Positions 1 to 8,873 of a DNA stretch of 26,674 nt are shown one piece after another. Below the pieces are notes generated by a model. The model searched no databases, had not been told where the DNA came from, and was given only the letters and a program-made list of their open reading frames with translations. A program made the position numbers and the translations under genes. How positions within the stretch are numbered: position 1 is the stretch's first letter; the number at the start of each line of letters is the position of its first letter. Source of the stretch: a virus (lineage: Duplodnaviria; Caudoviricetes); the IMG/VR virus record IMGVR_UViG_3300025000_000376, positions 1 to 26,674 of that record; one strand, written 5' to 3'.

Positions 1-39
1 GCCGAGCTTGAGGCACAACTAGGGGTGGTTCAAGCCTAA
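1..39 (+). CDS. 3' end of upstream gene, probably capsid scaffolding protein (partial)
   Basis: Frame 1 reads AELEAQLGVVQA* to TAA at 37-39, directly upstream of the capsid gene; function inferred from position only. Confidence 0.45.
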   Translation, partial: AELEAQLGVVQA

Positions 40-74
40 AAGCACTAAGAAGGAAGGTGAGATATTAAAACTAT

Positions 75-1028
75 ATGGCAGCAGTCGGATCAGGAATAAG
101 TGGGGTGACAAACCCCAACACGACAGGTACTCTGACTCAAGAGGTAAAAACCTATTACGAAAAGGTTTTCCTTGCGAGAGCGGAGTATGAGCTTGTTTTG
201 AAGGAGGGCGCTCAGATGAGGACACACCCCGTGAACGAGGGACGAACAGTCAACTTCACTAGGTACACGCCCCTCACTATCATCACCAGCCCTTTGGGGG
301 AACTCTCAAACCCAGTAACATGTGCTATTACGGCATGTACTGTGTCCATGACTCTTTCTGAGTATGGCTTAACAACCATTCACTCAAAATTGCTAACTTT
401 GGTATCCATCGATAGCAGCATGAAAGAGAAGGTGGAACTTGTGGGTCAAAACATGGGAGAAACTCTCAATCGTTTGGTTAGAGCAGAACTTCAAAATGGC
501 ACAGCTTTCTACGGCAACAACCATGACGTAGCAACATTTACTGCGGGCGACACGCTAGACGCTTGTGATATAAGGCTTATGACCAAAGCTCTCGAAATTG
601 CTAAGGCGAGACCTTACAAGGACGGGATGTATATTGGTAAAACAGATCCTATCAGCAAGTACAATCTAATCGGTGATTCCACGTGGGTAAATGCGAAAAC
701 GTACTCCGATGTAAAGGATCTTTACAGGGGGGAGATGGGAGAGCTTTACCAGGTTAGGTGGCTTCTAAACAAAGACGTTTCCTCTGGAACTGAGGCAGCA
801 TCTACAGCATCTTCGGGTGTTACTAGATACTACACCTACGTTCACGGAGACAACTCGTTTGGTTGCTACGATCTATCGCAAGATAAACCGAAACTGTATA
901 TTCTTCCGAATCAGGTGGATTCAAACTCACCTGCCGGTAGAGTATCATATGTTTCGTGGGCAGGTTCTTACGCAGTTAAATTACTCAACAGTGATTGGGT
1001 ACAGGCCGCGAGATTTGCTCTTGTTTAA
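75..1028 (+). CDS. Major capsid protein, N4-gp56 family (HK97 fold)
   Basis: 317 aa; motifs KTYYEKVFL, GRTVNFTRYTPL, EYG, WVNAKTYS..LYRGEMGELYQVRW, DSNSPAGRVSYVSW are typical of N4-gp56-type capsids; SD-like GGAAGGTGA upstream. Confidence 0.85.
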   Translation: MAAVGSGISGVTNPNTTGTLTQEVKTYYEKVFLARAEYELVLKEGAQMRTHPVNEGRTVNFTRYTPLTIITSPLGELSNPVTCAITACTVSMTLSEYGLTTIHSKLLTLVSIDSSMKEKVELVGQNMGETLNRLVRAELQNGTAFYGNNHDVATFTAGDTLDACDIRLMTKALEIAKARPYKDGMYIGKTDPISKYNLIGDSTWVNAKTYSDVKDLYRGEMGELYQVRWLLNKDVSSGTEAASTASSGVTRYYTYVHGDNSFGCYDLSQDKPKLYILPNQVDSNSPAGRVSYVSWAGSYAVKLLNSDWVQAARFALV

Positions 1029-1047
1029 CCTTGGGTAGTACTGAGTA

Positions 1048-1088
1048 GTGGTTGGGGGAGGCACACCCTAATGTGCTTCTCCCACCAC
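1048..1088 (+). other. Long stem-loop after capsid gene (mRNA stabiliser, processing site or weak terminator)
   Basis: GTGGT-T-GGGGGAGGCACA / loop CCCTAA / TGTGCTTCTCCC-ACCAC, ~17 bp with G-U pairs favouring the + strand; no U-tract. Confidence 0.6.
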
Positions 1089-1106
1089 GGAGGGAAGGAA
1101 CAGTGT

Positions 1107-1364
1107 ATGACAGAGATAATTTTTAGAAAAAACAACGATAATAGGTCCGCTGACCGGGATCTTATAGAGAAGGGTCTTAGAAGCGGGGATCCCAACGTTG
1201 TAAGACAGGCCGACCTTGCTCGTGGTAGGTTGAACAAGGAAAGTGCTGCTGTGCGGAGCATGCGTGAGGCGCTTGTCAAAGCACATCGTGATAACAATAA
1301 AGACGAGATAGCCGATATCCATGATTTCGTGGAAAGACACGACAGGTATCGAAATGAGTACTAA
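1107..1364 (+). CDS. Hypothetical charged helical protein (85 aa)
   Basis: ATG at 1107 after GAAGGA is preferred over the track start at 1071, which lies inside the hairpin. Confidence 0.65.
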   Translation: MTEIIFRKNNDNRSADRDLIEKGLRSGDPNVVRQADLARGRLNKESAAVRSMREALVKAHRDNNKDEIADIHDFVERHDRYRNEY

Positions 1365-1375
1365 GTTTGAAGGTC

Positions 1376-1404
1376 TTGATGGTTATTTAGAAAGGTGCTA
1401 TACT
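1376..1404 (+). promoter_or_regulatory. Sigma70-type promoter for the glycan operon
   Basis: TTGATG (1376-1381), 17 bp spacer, TATACT (1399-1404) with extended -10 TG at 1396-1397. Confidence 0.65.
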
Positions 1405-1429
1405 AGCATTGCAGTAGGATTTGTTAGGT

Positions 1430-2197
1430 ATGCAGTATATAACGGGCGCAAACTCTTTTATAGGACGACATCTGGTTGCTAGACTAGACGCTGTTGTAAC
1501 AATTCCCCACGAAAACATAGATAAAGTTCATTTTTCAGATGCCGAAAAGGTGTTTTTTCTCTCTGCCTACGGAAATATGTATTGGCATACTGAGGACGAT
1601 AAAATAATTAAAGCCAATGTTAGCGATTTAATTACCGTACTTAATTGGATCGATTGGAAAAAGATTAAGTCCTTTGTGTATTTGTCTACATCCTCGGTTA
1701 AACGTAGGGTTCAGACAACATATTCTAGGACAAAAAAAGCCTCTGAGGAGATACTTCTATCTTTTATGGAGAAATACAATGCTCCGATAAGCATAGTTCG
1801 ACCGCTATCGGTCACGGGCGTTGGGGAGCAGAAGGAGCACCTTATCCCAACCCTTATTAGGTCTTGTCTTACGGGCGAGGAGATGGATTTTGTACCCGAA
1901 CCTAGACATGACTGGATTGATGTAGAGGATTTAGTAAACGGCATAATGATGCTATCAAACAAAGGCATTCGGGGTATTTTCGAGCTGGGAACGGGGACAA
2001 GCTACAGCAACCAGGAAGTTAGATTGTTGGTTGAGAAAACAACAGGAAAGAAAGCGAATACGCACGAGGTTAAAAGTTTGCGGGATTATGATGATGTTGA
2101 ATGGATATCGGATAATTTCAAAGCAAGGGGTTATGGATGGCTTCCTAATAAATCGCTAGAGATTTCAATAGAGGAAATGGTAAATGCCGTTAAATAA
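1430..2197 (+). CDS. NAD-dependent nucleotide-sugar epimerase/dehydratase/reductase (extended SDR)
   Basis: YITGANSFIGRHL (variant GxxGxxG), FVYLSTSS, catalytic YSRTK, IVRPLSVTG, DWIDVEDL; ATG 1430 chosen over TTG 1421. Confidence 0.85.
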   Translation: MQYITGANSFIGRHLVARLDAVVTIPHENIDKVHFSDAEKVFFLSAYGNMYWHTEDDKIIKANVSDLITVLNWIDWKKIKSFVYLSTSSVKRRVQTTYSRTKKASEEILLSFMEKYNAPISIVRPLSVTGVGEQKEHLIPTLIRSCLTGEEMDFVPEPRHDWIDVEDLVNGIMMLSNKGIRGIFELGTGTSYSNQEVRLLVEKTTGKKANTHEVKSLRDYDDVEWISDNFKARGYGWLPNKSLEISIEEMVNAVK

Positions 2198-2807
2198 ACT
2201 AGAACGCAGGTGTATTGAAGTATCCCAGAAACTGGGCCTAACTCATTTGAGTAGTGTTTTGACCTCGGTAGGCATTATAGACAAACTATTTTTGGTTAAG
2301 AAACCACAAGATAAGTTCGTGCTGTCTAACGGGCACGCTTTTCTAGCCTTGGCGGTGATCCTCGAGAAGAACGGTATCGCAAACGCGGAAGAACTCATGA
2401 AGAAGCATGGAACACACCCAAACAGGGACGTAGATAACCAAATATGGGTATCTACTGGCAGTCTAGGACACGGGTTGCCAATAGCGGTAGGAATGGCGTT
2501 GGCGCAACCCCAGATAGATGTCTATGTATTGGTTTCCGATGGGGAAATGGCCGAAGGGAGTTGTTGGGAGGCGCTACGTATAGCGGGGGAACTACGTTTA
2601 GAGAACCTAAAGATTGTCTGTAATGCTAACGGATATTCTGCGCTCGGCAAGGTGGATGTAGATGTGTTAGATACAAGGATGCAGATGTTTTACCCAAGCT
2701 TAGTAATAAGAACCAATCTTTTTAAATACCCCGGGTGGTTACAGGGAGTGTCTGCACACTACCTATCCCCCACAAACGAGCAATACAAGGAGTTATTAAA
2801 TGATTAA
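2184..2807 (+). CDS. Transketolase-like protein, N-terminal TPP-binding subunit
   Basis: HLSS, DKFVLSNGH, HP, STGSLGHGLPIAVGMA, TPP motif SDGEMAEGSCWEA...NAN. Confidence 0.9.
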   Translation: MPLNKLERRCIEVSQKLGLTHLSSVLTSVGIIDKLFLVKKPQDKFVLSNGHAFLALAVILEKNGIANAEELMKKHGTHPNRDVDNQIWVSTGSLGHGLPIAVGMALAQPQIDVYVLVSDGEMAEGSCWEALRIAGELRLENLKIVCNANGYSALGKVDVDVLDTRMQMFYPSLVIRTNLFKYPGWLQGVSAHYLSPTNEQYKELLND

Positions 2808-3048
2808 ACCGCTACATGATTACGTGGTTTTGCACATTGAGGGGGGTTTGGAAAGCTCCGCGGGTGAGATTATTCTGATCGATTCCGCGAAGGATTTTAA
2901 GTACGGTACCGCCCTAGCAGTAAACAATGGCTCGGGTTTAAAGGTAAATAAGATGTATTTATTCAGGAAACACGCGGGGTTTGAGACCGGAGATAAAGAT
3001 ATAATTATTGTGGCGGAAGAAGATGTTTTATGTGAGGTAAAGAAATGA
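2800..3048 (+). CDS. groES: GroES/Cpn10-like co-chaperonin
   Basis: MIKPLHDYVVL, mobile-loop-like SSAGEIIL, GTALAV, C-terminal IVAEEDVL; 82 aa. Confidence 0.8.
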   Translation: MIKPLHDYVVLHIEGGLESSAGEIILIDSAKDFKYGTALAVNNGSGLKVNKMYLFRKHAGFETGDKDIIIVAEEDVLCEVKK

Positions 3049-3551
3049 AAGAAAAAGAGATGGAAGGTTGGCACCAATCGCAACGAGGTTACTTCGCAGG
3101 AGCTTTGTTCAGCGAAATGTTAAAGGATAGTAGTATTTATCTATTGACGGGGGATTTGGGATACGGCATGTTCGATAAAATACAGAACATGTTCCCGGGT
3201 AGATTCATAAACTGTGGAGCTGCCGAGCAGGCGATGTTAGATATTGCCGTAGGATTAGCACAGGAGGGCAAGAAGCCTTTTGTGTATACGATAACCAGTT
3301 TTTTTCTGCGTGCCGCTGAAACCATATCGTTGTACTTGGCTCACGAGAACATCGCAGTAAGGCTTGTAGGCTCTGGGGTAGGCGACAACTACAGGCATGA
3401 TGGATATAGTCACGATGGAACTAAGGCACAGGAGTTTATACACTCGTGCCAATTGATGGAACATTACCCGACATCTAAGGAACAAATACCGGCAATGGTT
3501 AAGTACATGGTGGAACACGATGAGGCAAGTTTTATAGGATTGATAAGGTAG
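3045..3551 (+). CDS. Transketolase-like protein, pyrimidine-binding subunit (no C-terminal domain)
   Basis: LLTGDLGYG, FPGRFINCGAAEQAMLDIAVGLAQEGKKPFVY, GYSH; only 168 aa. Confidence 0.88.
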   Translation: MKEKEMEGWHQSQRGYFAGALFSEMLKDSSIYLLTGDLGYGMFDKIQNMFPGRFINCGAAEQAMLDIAVGLAQEGKKPFVYTITSFFLRAAETISLYLAHENIAVRLVGSGVGDNYRHDGYSHDGTKAQEFIHSCQLMEHYPTSKEQIPAMVKYMVEHDEASFIGLIR

Positions 3552-3580
3552 TTGTAACATGGTTGGGACTGTGATAATTT
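3552..3580 (+). promoter_or_regulatory. Possible promoter giving a leaderless transcript for 3587..3874
   Basis: TTGTAA (3552-3557), 17 bp, TAATTT (3575-3580); ATG starts 7 nt later and there is no SD. Confidence 0.3.
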
Positions 3581-3586
3581 AAACAC

Positions 3587-3874
3587 ATGCCGTTTACTAA
3601 GGGACACCCGCAATATAATACAGGTAAAATGCACTTTAAGAAGGGACACGTTGCACGGACTACTGGCAAGAAAACGGGGATAGTTCCTAGTACTGCTTTC
3701 AAGAAAGGTGCTAAACCGTGGAATACAGGACTAAAGGGAATCCACCAGTCTCCAGATACCGAATTTAAAGCCGGACATACCCCACACAATTGGAAGGGGG
3801 ATTTAGTTGGCAAGGACAAGGAATCTAATTGGGGTGTGATAAGTAAAATATTTCCCAATAATAGAAAGAGATAG
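3587..3874 (+). pseudogene. Homing-endonuclease N-terminal repeat region (FKKG..PWN, NUMOD3-like) with no nuclease domain
   Basis: Repeats FTKGHPQYNTG, FKKGH, FKKGAKPWNTG, FKAGHTPHNWKG; ORF ends before any HNH motif. Confidence 0.6.
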
Positions 3875-3876
3875 CT

Positions 3877-4530
3877 ATGTTAGGCGCACTATACTACCCG
3901 AAGGGTACAAAAAAGAGTCCTATAAAGTTTGATAGTCTATATATTCCGTGGATATATAAAGAAATATACTTTGATAGTATCTACGCCGATGTTCTAAACC
4001 AGAAAAAGGATATGGTTATAATCGATGTCGGGGCAAATATAGGTGTTGTAACGCAGTTTATGAGGGATTATGCTAAAAAGGTTTATGCTATCGAGCCCTC
4101 GTCTATGCATTTTGAGGCGCTTAGGAAAAACAAAGAGTTCAACAGGTGGGATAATGTGGAGGTTTTTAATTTGGCCTTATCCGATAGCGATGGAGACGCC
4201 ACGATAAACTTCCTACCCAACAACCTTACGTGCAATTCTATCACCAACGATTACGGCCAGGGTGGGGAAAGGGTAAAAACAATGTCGTTTGATACCTTTA
4301 TGGCGCAGAACGGAATCGGTGAGGTGGATTTCGTAAAGTTTGATGTAGAGGGGGCAGAGGACAAAATTCTAAGATCCGAGGGATTTATCAAAATAGCTCC
4401 AAAGATTAAGGCGATTGAAGTAGAGTTTCATTACCCCACGTGGCAACTTCTTGTTGAACACATGCTTAGGCTGGGTTTTCAGGCAAGACGTTATGAATGT
4501 TCAGCAATAGTGGTTTTATTTACCAGATGA
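3877..4530 (+). CDS. FkbM-family SAM-dependent methyltransferase
   Basis: IIDVGANIG, VYAIEP, NLALSD, VDFVKFDVEGAE, EVEFH. Confidence 0.92.
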   Translation: MLGALYYPKGTKKSPIKFDSLYIPWIYKEIYFDSIYADVLNQKKDMVIIDVGANIGVVTQFMRDYAKKVYAIEPSSMHFEALRKNKEFNRWDNVEVFNLALSDSDGDATINFLPNNLTCNSITNDYGQGGERVKTMSFDTFMAQNGIGEVDFVKFDVEGAEDKILRSEGFIKIAPKIKAIEVEFHYPTWQLLVEHMLRLGFQARRYECSAIVVLFTR

Positions 4531-4997
4531 TTATTCATTTAGACACGACCAGGTATATTTGGGAGGTTCTGGAAAATGGAGAGTATTCTCCTGTATTTGA
4601 TAACCTTGTGGTTATGGATTTAGGTTGTAATATAGGGGCGTTTTCCCTATGGGTCTATCCCAGAGCCAGCACGATACACGCAGTCGATAAAGATACGCGT
4701 AGCCTAGATTTATTTAGACAAACTATAAAAGACAATAAACTTAACAAAGTTCGGTTATATGAAGAGCGTGTTTTAAACCTCGGCGAATTTATGTCGGGAC
4801 ACGTGATACCTGTGCTGGATTTATTGAAAATCGACATAGAGGGTGATGAGGTGGAACTATTCAATAGTGCGTTTCCTAAAACCTTGGTCAGAACTATTGT
4901 TGGTGAGTACCACGATAGGCCAGTTAAGAATATTTTGGAAAACTTAGGATACCGATATTTTGAGTATCCGAACCAACATTTTGTGGCGAGGATTTAA
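4527..4997 (+). CDS. Second, compact FkbM-family methyltransferase
   Basis: VMDLGCNIGAFS, LDLLKIDIEGDE, IVGEYH; ATGA overlap with the upstream stop supports start 4527. Confidence 0.85.
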   Translation: MIIHLDTTRYIWEVLENGEYSPVFDNLVVMDLGCNIGAFSLWVYPRASTIHAVDKDTRSLDLFRQTIKDNKLNKVRLYEERVLNLGEFMSGHVIPVLDLLKIDIEGDEVELFNSAFPKTLVRTIVGEYHDRPVKNILENLGYRYFEYPNQHFVARI

Positions 4998-5000
4998 TCT

Positions 5001-5747
5001 ATGCAAAGAAAATGCGCATTTACAGTAGCAGACGACAGATATTTCTACCCCGTCGGGACGCACATTTTTATTAACTCTTTTGTCCGGTTTCATCCCGACA
5101 TTGATTTGATAGTCTTTCGGCAGGATGTCGTAGATAAGTTGTTCGCTGAGAAAAATATCAATTTTTATCAAGCCAAGCCGTTTTTGGCGGAACTTTTGGT
5201 CGATAAGTATGATTTAATCGTAAACATAGACGCCGATACGCTAGTTTGTGGACGCCTAACCGAGGTGTTTGACAACACAGATTATGATGTGGGTGCTGTA
5301 TGGAACTACAACGATTATGAGAACGCTAGTTTTGAAAACATTACCGAGAAGATGTATCTACAGGCGGGTATGGTTGCCTCAACGCACCCAGATTTCTGGA
5401 AAGCGTGGCAAAAGATAAATCGAAAAGCAATGAAGTACCTACGCAAGGAAAACGATACTCTAAATTTGTTGATTTATAATGATTCAAAAATATCTAAGTT
5501 GAAATTAAAGGTATTTGACAAGGAAAAGGATTACTACGGTTGTAAGTCTTTGGGTCGGGAACCCCTGTTTTATATAGAGGATGACAGGCTGATGTGCAAG
5601 AACGAGCAGGTGTTTGCCTACCACTTTGCTAGGGGAAATGTTTTTCCTAAACTAGATTTCGATAACATGCCGCTTACCGACGAGGTTAGAGTGTGGGCAA
5701 AGAAAATTGCTTTTGGTGGTAATAGTATCGCTGTAAGGAGGATTTAA
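5001..5747 (+). CDS. GT-A fold glycosyltransferase (GT8-like)
   Basis: NSFVRFHPDI, YDLIVNIDADT (DxD), QAGMV, ENDTLN, YHFA. Confidence 0.7.
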   Translation: MQRKCAFTVADDRYFYPVGTHIFINSFVRFHPDIDLIVFRQDVVDKLFAEKNINFYQAKPFLAELLVDKYDLIVNIDADTLVCGRLTEVFDNTDYDVGAVWNYNDYENASFENITEKMYLQAGMVASTHPDFWKAWQKINRKAMKYLRKENDTLNLLIYNDSKISKLKLKVFDKEKDYYGCKSLGREPLFYIEDDRLMCKNEQVFAYHFARGNVFPKLDFDNMPLTDEVRVWAKKIAFGGNSIAVRRI

Positions 5748-5748
5748 A

Positions 5749-6501
5749 ATGAAACCATACGTACTTGTTTCCCCTCCCTATGACCCTGTTAGTGGGGGGA
5801 TAAAAGTAATGTTTGGTCTTTATGGGCACCTTCTGGCTAGGGGAGTGGAAGTATATATGAACCAATATCCGGCAGGTGATGTGGTTGCGGTATACCCCGA
5901 GATAGTAGCAGACAATCCCGTCGGGGCGGGTACGGTAGTGAGATATATATTGAATAAACTAGGTGTCATGTCCAGCGGACAGGGGGAGGGATTAAAGGAA
6001 ATTGATCCGAACGAGCATAATTACTACTTTTCAAGACTGTTCGGGGATACTGATGACGATCATTACATGTTCTTACCTGTGATAAACACGAACATATTTA
6101 AAGATCAACATAGAACCCGCGATAAGAGGGCGGTGTTTGTGGGAAAGGGCGAGGATTTAGGTTTACACAAACCCGGGGCGATTATTGTCGATCGTTTTTT
6201 AGCACGGAATCAGGGAGGGTTGGCAGACCTGTTAAATGAGTGCCAAGTAATGTACTGTTACGACCCTGTTTCGGCAATGACAGAAGTTGCTAGATTGTGC
6301 GGGTGTCGTGTGGTTATGTTTAACAAAACCTACTCGAAAGAAGAGTACACCAATAAATATGAGCCCGGATCTAACGGCATGAGTTTTGGTGCGGATACGG
6401 GCGAGATATTCGACGCGGGTGCCTTTAGGCGACACTACGTTGGCTTGAGAGAGATTTTCGATAAGAAGTTGGATAAATTCCTAGAGGATACGCAGAGATG
6501 A
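5749..6501 (+). CDS. Putative GT-B-like glycosyltransferase
   Basis: SPPYDPVSGGIKVM, VYPEIV..NP...VVRYILN, FVGKG, YDPVSAMTEVARLCGC; cluster context. Confidence 0.6.
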   Translation: MKPYVLVSPPYDPVSGGIKVMFGLYGHLLARGVEVYMNQYPAGDVVAVYPEIVADNPVGAGTVVRYILNKLGVMSSGQGEGLKEIDPNEHNYYFSRLFGDTDDDHYMFLPVINTNIFKDQHRTRDKRAVFVGKGEDLGLHKPGAIIVDRFLARNQGGLADLLNECQVMYCYDPVSAMTEVARLCGCRVVMFNKTYSKEEYTNKYEPGSNGMSFGADTGEIFDAGAFRRHYVGLREIFDKKLDKFLEDTQR

Positions 6502-7589
6502 AAACTATACGTATTTTTGCGCTGCCATCCCATCAATCTTTGGAACGTACGTCCGGGGTAGATTTTGCGCGGATAATACAGCCGGCAAGGCACTTGAACG
6601 GTTACAAGGATGTTGATACCAAGTTTGTAGTACATGTATACGATCCCAGAAAACACAAGACACTGGACTGGTTAGATGTAGCTTCAAAGCACGATATTAT
6701 ATTTTTTAACTATACAGCGATGTCGTGGGAATTTGCCAAAATGGGGCTTATGGCAAGGAAGTTTAACAGACTTTTGATAATGGATGTGGATGATCTTATC
6801 TGGGGAATACTGCCAGATAACCCGGTTTATGAGGCGTTCAAAAAAGGTTCGGAGAATCTGCACAACTTTACTGCAATATGCAACGAGGTAGATTACATAA
6901 CTACTACCAACAAGTATTTGAGAAACGCTATTTCGCACAATACCGATAAATCCGTTTCCGAGATAGGGGTGTTCCCGAATTATATAGATTTGGATAATTT
7001 GTACACACACAGGTCACCTTTTAAAGATACGGCTGACATACGCCTTATGCATTTCGGCAGCACGTCCCACTTTATCGACCTGCAAAGCGAGGAGTTTGAG
7101 AGGGGAATAGATATGATTATGAAAGAGTACCCCAACGTTACTCTAAAAACCGTGGGTGCCTTGATTCCCAAATATAAATACAGGTGGGGGCAACGATATG
7201 AGAATAGCTACGGACATCAGGATCTGTACAAATGGGTTGGGGAGAGAATGCCGGGTTTCATGGATGAGGCAGATATTATAGTAACACCCCTAGACGACAA
7301 CATCTACAATAGATGTAAGTCATCCATTAAATACCTTGAGGCGAGTAGTGCCGTAAAACCGGGGGTGTGGAGTAACATACGTCAGTACAACGAGGTGGTC
7401 AACCACGGAACCAACGGATTTTTGGCTACCACTGCAAGCGGTTGGTACGAAAGTATTAAAAAGCTCATAGAAGATAAAAAGCTCAGGAAAAGCATGGCAG
7501 AGAACGCTTTCGAGACGGTTGAGAACACACATCAGATGAAAGACAACATTAAACTTTACGCAGATTTTTTCAAATCGGTTCTTTCTTGA
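6498..7589 (+). CDS. GT-B fold glycosyltransferase (GT4-like)
   Basis: ARIIQP, MDVDD, ITTTN, PNYID, GSTSH, DIIVTPL..N.YNRCKSSIKYLE, NGFL. Confidence 0.85.
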   Translation: MKTIRIFALPSHQSLERTSGVDFARIIQPARHLNGYKDVDTKFVVHVYDPRKHKTLDWLDVASKHDIIFFNYTAMSWEFAKMGLMARKFNRLLIMDVDDLIWGILPDNPVYEAFKKGSENLHNFTAICNEVDYITTTNKYLRNAISHNTDKSVSEIGVFPNYIDLDNLYTHRSPFKDTADIRLMHFGSTSHFIDLQSEEFERGIDMIMKEYPNVTLKTVGALIPKYKYRWGQRYENSYGHQDLYKWVGERMPGFMDEADIIVTPLDDNIYNRCKSSIKYLEASSAVKPGVWSNIRQYNEVVNHGTNGFLATTASGWYESIKKLIEDKKLRKSMAENAFETVENTHQMKDNIKLYADFFKSVLS

Positions 7590-7687
7590 TTTATTTATAT
7601 CTAGGTGTATAATATAGGTATCTTTCGGTTGCCAAGAGCAACACGCAGACTTTGAAACCTTCGGGGTGGAGAGGTCTTTTTTTTATT
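7586..7687 (+). promoter_or_regulatory. Promoter + two-hairpin leader + intrinsic terminator, copy 1
   Basis: TTGATT-16-TATAAT (7608-7613); ATCTTT 7620; stem GTTGC/GCAAC; CAGAC 7646; AGACTTT/GAGGTCT with inner cTTCGg loop; T8; then SD AAGGAGG. Confidence 0.8.
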
Positions 7688-7708
7688 TAAAAAGGAGGTA
7701 CGTTACAT

Positions 7709-8851
7709 ATGGCAATAGGATTTGGAAACTGGGGGGGTCTCCCGGAGTTAGGGATAACCGAGTTCTTCGGTGGCAAAAAGGGTTCTGTACAAACAGCACG
7801 AAAATACCCAATAAATAGGACTACGGCCAATCAAATAGCCGTGCAGGCAGTCAGTCCTTACAATGTGTCTGGTAGTAACCTGTTATCTCGATCTAATACC
7901 CCAAGTACGAGCGTGACTACAGGCGGCGGCGTTCCGAGAAACACCACACCTAGCGTAATGCCCAGAGAAACAGATCGTTCTACACCCGAGAGTATAGACG
8001 AGAGCGCAAGACGTTTAAGAGGAGATATATCCTCTGGGTGGGACAATTACATGCGTAGTTTAGACTCCCAACTGTCCGGACTTTCTGGACAGAGGTCAGC
8101 ACAGGAGAGCATGGCCAACAGTCAATATCAACAGGGTTTAGGATCGTTAAATTTGCAGAAGGAGCAAGGACTCCAAAGCCTCGGTCAAAACAGGACTTCG
8201 GCAGAGCAAAACCAGACACGAAGTTTACGCGATGTTTCAGAAAACATACGAAACGCTTTTATGGCGGGAAACATATTTTTAGGATCCCGCGGTGCGGGAG
8301 ACAGTTCGGCCGCAGACCAGTATTCTTACGCATTAAATAAAATGGGTACCCAACAAAGGTCGGGAGTGATGAATGAAACAGCAAACATCCTTGCTGATAT
8401 AAACGCAAGAGAAACAAATCTGAATAATATTTACAACACAGAGGTTAATAATCTATCAGAGGCGAAAAACCAACAGGTACAACAGATTGCGATGTGGTTT
8501 AATGACGCGCAAAACCAACTAGCCTCCTTGAAAAGTCAGGGTCAGTTGGGAAAGTCACAAGACCTGCAGGCACTGTCTAAAAGTCTGTTAGACCAGGCCA
8601 TCCAGAGTCTGAACGATATTAATCAACAGGCTGTAACCAAAAAACAGGCATTGGATACATGGGCTATGCGTGTATCCGATAATATATCTACGCTAAAATC
8701 TACCATGCAGCAAGTCTCCGAGATAAGCCCCAACCTACCACAGGCGACAGACATCTTTGGTCAACCGGTCGTGGCACAAGGCAATAGAAATGCTTATGCA
8801 TACAACTATGGTGGAGAAGATGAGAGAGATAGAAACAACTTGTTTGGTTGA
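7709..8851 (+). CDS. Putative internal virion/ejection protein (Gln/Asn/Ser-rich coiled coil)
   Basis: 380 aa, low-complexity helical, SRGAGDSSA motif, strong SD; position in the virion module. Confidence 0.55.
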   Translation: MAIGFGNWGGLPELGITEFFGGKKGSVQTARKYPINRTTANQIAVQAVSPYNVSGSNLLSRSNTPSTSVTTGGGVPRNTTPSVMPRETDRSTPESIDESARRLRGDISSGWDNYMRSLDSQLSGLSGQRSAQESMANSQYQQGLGSLNLQKEQGLQSLGQNRTSAEQNQTRSLRDVSENIRNAFMAGNIFLGSRGAGDSSAADQYSYALNKMGTQQRSGVMNETANILADINARETNLNNIYNTEVNNLSEAKNQQVQQIAMWFNDAQNQLASLKSQGQLGKSQDLQALSKSLLDQAIQSLNDINQQAVTKKQALDTWAMRVSDNISTLKSTMQQVSEISPNLPQATDIFGQPVVAQGNRNAYAYNYGGEDERDRNNLFG

Positions 8852-8873
8852 TAACGGAAGGTTTTCATAAAAG

